Assembly: GCF_006345805.1 (NCBI RefSeq)
Contig: NC_043006.1
Location: 105,152,001-105,216,000, forward strand
Reading direction: 5' to 3'
DNA: 64,000 bases
DNA from: Octopus sinensis
Lineage: Eukaryota
Shown: in pieces, positions 53,771 to 64,000 of the stretch
How positions within the stretch are numbered: the first letter of the stretch is position 1
Layout: the number at the start of each line of letters is the position of its first letter
The notes under the pieces: generated by a model
Databases searched by the model: none
What the model was told of the DNA's origin: nothing
Seen by the model: only the letters and a program-made list of their open reading frames with translations
Program-made: the position numbers and the translations under genes

Positions 53771-54177
53771 TTATTTTTAAACCTATGTATATTAATCAAT
53801 AACCAAGAAAGATTTCTTGCATGCATAATTACATTAACGTCAGATTCGTTGAGTTTTCGTTGTTATTTAAGAAGGCTAATGCTTTGAGAATAAGGAGCTT
53901 AACGATAGTAAGATAAAAATCAGTGATTTCAAACTCAAATCGCTTTCAGCGTCGCTTGTCAAAACTTCACGAAGCCAGTTTGATACATTCATAGTATTGT
54001 TTCATACTGGACAGATATTGCACTTATACAAAGAACAAACAATTGCTCTAGAATTTGCTTGTTATTTTTCCTAAGCATTGTTCGATTAATTTGCATGCAT
54101 TTGGGTTTGCTAATGAAGTTAAAACTGTTTCATACGCATGATACGCGATGTCAGGGAAGACAGGTATTCATCTAACT

Positions 54178-54378
54178 CAGTGTTTCTCAACTGGGGTCCA
54201 CATGGCCCTTGTGGATCAAAATACGATTTTGTTGTTAAAATTTAGGTGCCATAAATTTCTTATACCTCTGCAAGACACAGAATACTTTAACGATTTTTTA
54301 ATAAAATTACTAATAATATTTACTTATAAAAATATAATGGGATTTTTTTAAAACACCGAAGGGCTATAAGGGTCCACC
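54178..54378 (+). mobile_element. hAT (Charlie-like) non-autonomous fragment
   Basis: Starts CAGTGTTTCTCAACTGGGGTCC, with a second GGGTCCAC subterminal motif near 54370. No right terminal repeat seen. Confidence 0.4.
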
Positions 54379-54399
54379 CATTTTGTGGCATTATTTCAA

Positions 54400-54665
54400 T
54401 CCAGCCGGCTTTCTTTTGTGCAAAATGCACGTGCATGTTCCTCGTGTAAACGTAGTATCGATAGCAACAGCTGATGTACTTGCGCGTACAAATACACGTT
54501 CCCACGGCTTTATCGATCGCATTCTCATATGGAATCCATTTTTGTAATTTTTTCAAGACTTATACAGGCCCTGATACCATCGGTATCTGCATATCAAATT
54601 TGAGCGCAATCGGATGGAAGATAGCCGACATCCTAGAAGACACACATAGCAGATTTTATATAATA
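54400..54665 (-). mobile_element. Helitron-like 5'-end fragment
   Basis: AAATTTGAGCGCAATCGG...ACACACA...TTTTATATA has the same architecture as 60520-60619. Confidence 0.4.
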
Positions 54666-54734
54666 TATATATATATATATACATTATATATATATATATC
54701 TACACACACACATATATATATACACACCCACATA

Positions 54735-55442
54735 GATACATACATACATATACATAAACACATACATACATACATACATACATGCATACATACATACATG
54801 CATACACATGCATACATACATACATGCATACATACATACATACATACATGCATACATACATACATGCATACATACATACATGCATGCATACATACATACA
54901 TACATACATGTATACATACATACATACATACATACATACATACATACATAAATAAATACATACATACATACATACATACATACATACATACATACATGCA
55001 TGCATACATACATGCATGCATACATACATGCATGCATACATACATACATACATACATACATACATGCATACATACATACATGCATACATACATACATGCA
55101 TACATACATACATACATACATACATACATTCATACATACATACATGCATACATACATACATGCATACATACATACATACATACATACATACTTATACATA
55201 CATACATACATCATACATACATACATACTTACACACATACATACTACATACATACATACATACATACATACATACCTTACATACATACATACATACATAC
55301 ATACATGCATACATACATACATGCATACATACATACATACATACATCTACTACTTACATACTACATACATACATACATGCATACATACATACATACATAC
55401 TACATACATACATACATGCATACATACATACATCATACATAC

Positions 55443-55473
<31 letters not shown>

Positions 55474-55789
55474 CTTACACAACATACATACATACATACA
55501 TACATACATGCATACATACATACATGCATACATACATACATACATACATACATACATACATACATACATACATACTTACTACATACTACATGACATACAT
55601 GCATACATACATACATGCATACAATACATACATACATACATACATACATACATACATACATACATCATACATACATACATGCATACATCATACATACATA
55701 CATACATACATACATACATGCATGCATACATACATACATGCATACATACATACATACATACATACATACATACATACACACATACATAC

Positions 55790-55820
<31 letters not shown>

Positions 55821-56198
55821 CATACATACATACTTACATACATACATACATACATACATACATGCATGCATACATACATACTTACATACATACATGCATG
55901 CATACATACATGCATACATACATACATACTTACATACTTCACACATACATACTACATACATACATACATGCATACATACATACATGCATACATACATACA
56001 TACATACATACATACTACACATACATACTACATACATACATACATACATACAGCATGCATACATACATGCATGCATACATACATACATGCACATACATAC
56101 TACATACATACATACATACATACATACATACATACTTACATACATACATACATACATCAATACTACATACATACATACATACATACACACATCCATAC

Positions 56199-56229
<31 letters not shown>

Positions 56230-56325
56230 CATACATACATACTTACATACTACATACATACATACATACATCACATGCATGCATACATACATACTTACAT
56301 ACATACATGCTGCATACATACATAC

Positions 56326-56356
<31 letters not shown>

Positions 56357-56393
56357 CATACATACACACATACATACATATATATATACATAC

Positions 56394-56424
<31 letters not shown>

Positions 56425-56426
56425 CA

Positions 56427-56456
<30 letters not shown>
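54735..56456. repeat. About 1.7-kb degenerate (CATA)n/(CATG)n tetranucleotide array
   Basis: Continuous TACA/TGCA units with frequent 1-nt indels. Confidence 0.98.
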
Positions 56457-56459
<3 letters not shown>

Positions 56460-56663
56460 GGGCCGAGCCCAACTGTCTCAAATCATCCTTTATTTATGAA
56501 ATTTTTCAAGTCCATGTTAAATGTGCTTATAAAGCTCATCTGAATACACACAAATACACATACATGCACACACATAAACCATCACCACCCAATCCTATCC
56601 TCATATATTGTATAGATATTATACATACACACACACGCATGCACGCACGCGCGCACACACATG

Positions 56664-56697
<34 letters not shown>

Positions 56698-57495
56698 CAC
56701 ACTTCTGTTTCAAAATGGAGCGGAGTAAATCTGTTATATACATGTAGGCATTCATACATACATGCATACATGCATACATACATACATATATACATACATA
56801 CATATACGTCTACATACACACACACATATAAATATACAGACACACTCACATATATATGCACATATATATTACATTATATTATATTATACTATATTACATT
56901 ACTTAAAACAGTTATAATACATATAGATCCTCTAAATGTGTTGAGTGCTCCTCTCTTTCGATTGCCCACTCTATATATACATTTGTGTGTGTGTGTGTGT
57001 ATATGTATGTGTGTGTGTGTGTGTGTGTACACATAGATATACATGTATACCCACATATATACTTTATACTTATATATATGCAGCCACTACACACATTTTT
57101 TTTTGTCCTTGTTTTTTCTGTGTCCATTTCTGTAAAAGAGCATAGGTTCGAAACGTAAAAGACTTTTTCTATTCCTGAGCGTTATACTAATACATCTGTT
57201 TGTTTTGTACACCACCTGTCTTCTCTTTTGTTTTTTCGTAAACTCTCCCTATACATACATACATACATACATACATACATACATACATACATACATACAT
57301 ACATACATACATACATACATACATACATACATACATACATACATGTATACATACATAACAAATGGTTCTATGCTCTTTTTCTGTTTATTTTGTGTCATTG
57401 TCCTTTAAAAATTTCTGTCTACTAAAAACCTTCAATGCTCAATATGTATACTATGACTTATCTATTGCATTTAATATTTGGAGTTAGTGTAGCTG

Positions 57496-57534
<39 letters not shown>

Positions 57535-58624
57535 TATACATATATATATACATATATATATATGATAGAAGGTTTGTAATGTATATACATTCTTTATAAC
57601 TGTATCTTTCAATAATAACTTTCCTTCTGTTTCTATTTCTGTTACTCTTTCTGGCGAATAAATCGCTTTACTTTCCTCTTTGAAATTACTTTCGTTCTTT
57701 ATATACAAACTTCGTGCAATATCTGAAATCCATGTTTATATTTCCATCTGCTTTATCGACAAAACTACCGATGTATTTCCTCTTATCTTCCCTGGACAGG
57801 GTTAAGGATAGGATCAAGGTTAGAAGTAGGGTTAGAGTTGTGGTCAGCGGTAGCCGTGAAGAAATGTCTCTCTCTTCACTTTTACTTTCAGCTTTTAATA
57901 TTGGAATTTGAATAGAGTTACTTTAGATTATCCACTCTTACATGTTTGTCCTTTAGTTCTACCAACGTTCAGCATTTCAGCTATTCTCAATGAATCAAAT
58001 TCCTTTGTCCAGTTTCCTTGTTTTACACAATAGAATTATCTTCTTGGTCTCTCTTTTGGTACTGTTTCTTCTATAGTCTAGCAATCATCGTCCGTATCAC
58101 CAAATGCACAAGTCATTTATATTTGATCTTCAAAAGCCTTACAAAGTTTTAAACTATTTAAAGCATGACAGCCAACCGCCTAAATCATTCTTTAAGTTTA
58201 CTCTGACACTCTTAGACTCGCAATGTCAAAACATTTACATGTTTAATCTTATTATAGAATATTTATGACGATTAAACTTCAGCTTTCTTATACAGTCTCC
58301 TCTGTCGGCAACCGAACTTTCCCGATTTCAGAATTGCTTTCATTCATTTTCTGCCGGCATGTTTATTCATTCTCTCCTCCCCCTCCCCTCCTACCTCTTC
58401 TCCCTCCTCCTCCTCCTCATCATCATCACAACAACCACCGTTCTTCTTCTTCTTCTTCTTCTTCTTCTTCTTCTTCTTCTCCTCCTCCTCCTCCTCCTCC
58501 TCCTCTTCCCTTTCTTCTTCATTCTCCGAAGCCATACTTACAGGGTCAACGGACGTAGACCTCTTCCTCCTGCCTCACTTGCTGTGACGCCTTTTCTGTA
58601 AATAGTACATAAGGTTCCCAAATG

Positions 58625-58674
<50 letters not shown>

Positions 58675-59261
58675 CGGCACTTTTACTTCTTTTCATTATC
58701 CCGTCCTCAACAACAGCTCAAAGCTTATTCTTCTCACGTGGCATCCAATGAATTGAACCAGTTGTTCCATTTCGAAATAACCTAGTAATTAATAACCCCG
58801 AACATAATTTTAAATATAGGTTATGTATAACTAATTACTTAACATACTTTACGATGAAAGAATTTTACGAGAAATTCTATCTAAATACTTTAAATTATCT
58901 GGATTTGATCCATTTTAATATTGAAATTCAAATATCAAGGCCATCTATTGGATTATTACTGGATTACTGTACGTATTAAATGAATTTGGACTGATTGCTA
59001 TTTCTACCTCATACAGAGAGCAACTAGTGCCTGTTTTGCCGCACACATGCGCAGAGCGGATGAATGATGCGTAGATTACCTGAATTATTTTCTGTCTTCA
59101 AAAAAAAAAAAACCCGGTGATTAGGGGATTCTGCAGAGCAGTGAAACCGGGTATTTTCTATGACGCACATCTCCAAAAATGCTTGATTCCCTTTTATAGA
59201 GCTTTAAGATGCATTATTACATATTAATTTGGAGTATGTATCTTTGAAGGCATGTATGTAA

Positions 59262-59293
<32 letters not shown>

Positions 59294-59484
59294 GTATATA
59301 TATATATATATATATATAGTATATATAATATAAAATAAGTAATATATATATATATATATTATATATATATATATATGCATGCATGTGAGTATATATATAT
59401 AATATATATATATATAATATATATATATATATAAGTATATAATATATACATATATATGCATATATATGTATATACATATGTATA

Positions 59485-59534
<50 letters not shown>

Positions 59535-59535
<1 letters not shown>

Positions 59536-60619
59536 TAGCATTATAGCCCGGCTTTGCTCTCGGTAATAAGTTTACGATTATTAAGCTAATCAAGCTCCTT
59601 ATTTCAAAGCAAACTAAGTAACATCGACGTCAAATTTGAGTGAAATCCGTTGAAATTGGTAAACTTTTGGCTGCAATTTTGCAGAAATTTGGTTGGGAAA
59701 ACCCATAAAGAATCGGTTTATCGATTTTTCTACTCATCGATTGTTTTTTTTTTTAATGTGACCCCACTTTTCCCATGGGTTGAGAACCCTTCCAGCAAAG
59801 AAAATAGAACGGCTAAAAGGGCCCCCGATCCACTGTGTAAGAAGTGGTTATGTTCAGATCACAACTAAGTATATATATATGGGCAACACACACACACACA
59901 CACACACACAAACATATACGTACATACACCTATTGCATACATGTTTTTGCATGCCTTTGCCCCTGCCACTGTCCCACCACCACCTCGTACCCGAGTAATA
60001 CCATCAATTGAAGCAAAATTGGCACACGGAAGTAAGTTTTGTAACAGAAATAGATGAGTAGAGCAACGGATTCCGCTTATTTGGAAATTAATTGTGGAGA
60101 AACGGAGAATACCGTTTATGTTGCCCGTATATTTATATATATATATATATATATATACGGGCAATACACACACAACCATTGCATACATGTGTTTTCTACG
60201 CATACATGCTCGTGTGTATGTATGTGTGACTGAAGCCATTCACACATACATACAAACATACATAGCAACACGTGTCTGTCTTTTATTGACAATAAAAAGA
60301 CGAAATTTTAAAAACCTGTTATCTATCTCTCACTCTCCATCCCTCTCTTTACACCATCGCTAGGAGGGGACTTAACTCATGATTGCTTTGTAAACAATGG
60401 TAGGTTTCGCTGCCGTAAAAATTTAGAAGCTATGGCTTAAAATGATTTACTGCTATTCGCGGATGCCTCGGGGGAAAATAATTTGACGAAAATACAGCTA
60501 GGATTGTAACGAATGTCCTCCTAAAGTTTGAGCGACATGTGTGCTAACTTGTGTATGTGCATAAACTACAATCATGTACACACACACACACACACACATC
60601 CTGCCTTATATATATACAG
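59535..60619 (-). mobile_element. Non-autonomous Helitron
   Basis: Minus-strand 3' end has a GC-rich hairpin CCGAGAGCAAAGCCGG, about 10 nt, then CTAG followed by T. The degenerate 5' end has a TATATATAA tract and (CA)n. Internal duplicated GGCAA(CA)n..TTGCATACATG block. Confidence 0.6.
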
Positions 60620-61581
60620 CTATATTAATCAATCGAATTCCAACTTAGGCTGATTTTCACGTTTTATTATTTGCAATTTTTATAATTTTACAATATTGAA
60701 ATAAACTAGTTCTTTCATACATACATACATATATATATATATTTATATATACATAAATATACATGTAATATATACATATATATATATATGCATATATGTA
60801 CATACACACACACGCATATGTATATGCTTCTATGTATATGTATATATATTTCTACCACAGACACTACAGTCGTATAATAAAGTTCTTAGCGTGTTAATAG
60901 AACAAGGGTTATTATTAAGGATTCTTCAGTAATTATATTTTATAAATCGCTTTTAATAAAGTTTATAATATTTGTAACTGTTGCAATCCCAGAAATTCCA
61001 GTCTCATATACCAGCAACCCCGACCCTGTGTCTGGGCTGCGGAACTCTAGATAGAGAATTGAACTCCTGCTGCTGAGCGGCGGTTTGAACATCTTATTGT
61101 TTTAGTTACATCGTGTTATTATCTCTCTTTATGTCCTGTATTCTCATTTCGACATTGTCAACTTCTTTTATCCATTAGGGTTCGATAATATAAGTACCAC
61201 TCGAGTGCCAAAATCTTTTAAATCGGTTACACAGCTCCAAACCCTTCCTTACCCCGAAATATGTGGCCTTCTGCCAACGTCAAAAAAAAAATCAATATTG
61301 GGCTTCATTCTTCTAGATTTTGTGATGAAATCTCATTTGGAGTAACTTTGTCTTTCATCTTACCGGAACTGATAAAATAAGTCTGGTTCTTATAGGAAGA
61401 TGGTGAGGAGGATGAGTCGATTCTATAGACTGTACAGATGTGTGGCACTGTGCCAATGTTAGAAATAAACGTTTTTAAACATCAAATAGATCTTAGTTTA
61501 TGTTTCGAGGACATTACGTATTGTTTGCATTTCACACACAGCTGAACAAATATACAAAGACACACACTCGCGTGCATACAT

Positions 61582-61633
<52 letters not shown>

Positions 61634-62049
61634 AGGGTATGTGTAAGGATACAAGCACATGTTTAAGTTACTTATACAGACACGAACGTAAAGACAAACG
61701 TATACGCGCACACACCAACACACCACACACCCACACACATGCAGATATGCGTGAACACGGAAATTCATAAACAGGTGAAAACACAATATAGCCTCACAAA
61801 TACAAGCTCACACAACTGCTGAACAATCACAAATACACATACCCACAGGCAACAACGTACAGATACCCACATACATAGCGTTGAGGTATACGAACCGGTA
61901 CAGATACACACACACACACACACACAACACACACACACATACACACACACACACATACACACACACACATACACACACACAAATATACAAAAATACAAGA
62001 ACATGAATAGACGCAGTCATTCTACGCATGCAAACGCGCATAGATACAA

Positions 62050-62082
<33 letters not shown>

Positions 62083-62789
62083 TACACACACACACACCAC
62101 ACAAACACACACACACAGGATTCACGAATATACTTGATTAGGCGCCGACAAACTCCCACAAAAGTCCCACACACATATATTCAGGCGTGTCACACAAATA
62201 TATGCTCTGACGTCAGCGCACTCAAGGACACTATGACTAAGATTCACATTTGCCCACAGAGGCATACAATTACACACAGAAATGATATACACACATCCTT
62301 ACACACTCAGATATGTACATATACATACACACACACAAAGCTTGCAACATATACATAACCACATATACACACACACGCACACACATACTGAATAGTTTTA
62401 TTTAGTTAAAAGTGAGAGAAGATATGTCAGGCTATCCCAGACAGACGAGATTAATGGGGCTACTGTTATGCTTGCAACTCCCTCAAGCCACAGGAAAGTA
62501 GAGCGAGGAGAGGAAGCTATGATGCCGATTGCTAAAAATGGTAGCCAAATATTCCTCTACTCATAACTTACGGTCCTTGAAAAGAAATGCGTCGTTGTAT
62601 AATGTAATCTCCCCAAAGCACTTGATGCTTTAACGCACGCTGGCATACACATGCGCACTCACGCACACACACGTATTTAGTCGGGTATATGAATATAATT
62701 GTGTGCGTTTGGGTATACATAAATGTGTGTGTGTGTGTGCGTGTGTGCGGATAAAAATATGTGTACATATGTATGATTGCATATTTATA

Positions 62790-62943
62790 ACGTCCCCTGT
62801 AACTTAGCGGTTCGGGGAAAGAGACCGATAGAATAAGTACTAGGCTTACAAAGAATAAGTCCTGGAATCGATTTTCTCGACTAAAGGCGATGCTCCAGCA
62901 TGGCCGCAGTCAGATGACTGAAACAAGTAAAAGAGTAAAAGAG
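62790..62943 (+). mobile_element. SINE type A, tail half
   Basis: CTTAGCGGTTCGG...GCTCCAGCATGGCCGCAGTCAGATGACTGAAACAAG. Confidence 0.85.
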
Positions 62944-62963
62944 TATATATATGCCCATATGTA

Positions 62964-63000
<37 letters not shown>

Positions 63001-63084
63001 GTTGTGTGGAAAAGGAAAAGTGGGAGAATGTAAAGGTGCGTAATGCAATATCACAATAACCCAATAATCCGTCATAGCGAAACT

Positions 63085-63222
63085 CATTTACAGGTGAGTG
63101 AACTGGAGCAACGTTGAATGATATGTTTTTTTGAAGAACACAACACAGCGTCCGGTCCGGGAATCGAAACTGCGGTTTTGCGATCGTGAGTGCAATCCCT
63201 AACCACCTGGCCTCACACTTCC
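63085..63222 (-). mobile_element. Degenerate tRNA-head SINE with a CORE-like segment; a similar relic lies at about 11610-11750 (+)
   Basis: GGTGGTTAGGG...GTTTCGATTCCCGG head followed by TTGCTCCAG..CTGTAAATGAG. Confidence 0.65.
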
Positions 63223-64000
63223 ACCTATCCAGGTAGACAGAAGATCGATAATTACTAATTAAATAAATCTCTGTGTGTGATGGTGCAAACGATGTTGATA
63301 GCGGCGGTGGTGGATGAGGACGTGAATGATAATGATGGCGGTAGGGTAATTTGATGTGGACATGTGACAGGTGCTGGGTAGCGCGTCAGAGCTGAGGGAG
63401 CGGTTGATGGCTGACATCTGACAAGTCATAGGTCACGGTTCACGGAGATGGAGTCAGGTGATGATAGGGGTGGATGCTTTTTTACTCTATTTTCTAAATA
63501 ATACAGCTTCTGTACTTCGTCTCGTTGTTTGTCTGTTTGTCCATCAGTGTTTAAGCTGCACCCGCTCAGGGTACCGTGTGAACATTGGAGACTGGCTAAT
63601 ATTGATCGTCATAAAAGCAACAACAAAACAAAAATGAAACAAGATCATTAATGCTTTATAAACCCTAGTTTTACACAAGTGTGACGCAGCCACTTTTCAA
63701 TGCTTTGTCCTTTCAGCAACGAACAATGGGCCGAGAGATGCCTTTGTTTTGATATTTTTTCTCTTCGTTTTTGGTTGTTTTTTTTCTTTCTGTTTCATGA
63801 AGGGAGAGAAAGAGATAAAAGTGGGGACGGCTGAGAAGAAAGGTGAATGAGCGGAAGGAGGAAGAGAAAGTGATAGGGAGCAGAAAAACGGAAAGTGGCG
63901 AGTCATGAAAGATAACATGCGTGTCTGAGTATTGGCGTATGCGTAGGGTTGTATAAGCGTGCGCGTGTGTGCGTGTGTGTAAATATGTGTTTCTACGTCA

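Noticed and set aside
54474-56728. Long 689-aa and 570-aa ORFs rich in HTYI
   Set aside because: They are translations of the (CATA)n array, which lacks stop codons. No domain content.

Overview
AT-rich eukaryotic non-coding DNA, saturated with microsatellites. The SINE families, (TA)/(CA)/(CATA)/(GATA) arrays and decayed transposons look like an octopus (coleoid cephalopod) genome; this is inferred from repeat recognition, not from a search. I found no host protein-coding exon. Almost all ORFs in the track are microsatellite artefacts. The only real coding content comes from transposable elements. It includes a near full-length L1/Tx1-clade LINE (about 2068-7953, minus) with one frameshift each in ORF1 and ORF2, inserted in (GATA)n next to a second truncated copy in the same microsatellite. 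There is also a third decayed Tx1 copy, an R4/Dong-like element abutting (TAA)n, a CRE-like endonuclease fragment, and hAT, mariner and Helitron remnants. Three tRNA-derived SINE types occur in many copies. Most interesting points: (1) an apparently (GATA)n-targeting Tx1 LINE; (2) a SINE whose last 35 nt match that LINE's 3' stem-loop and AATAAA end, i.e. a candidate Tx1-dependent SINE-LINE pair; (3) several minimal type I hammerhead ribozyme motifs of the Penelope-associated kind, including a U3-A8 core variant and one pair inside a 184-bp palindrome. Coordinates of degenerate elements are approximate.
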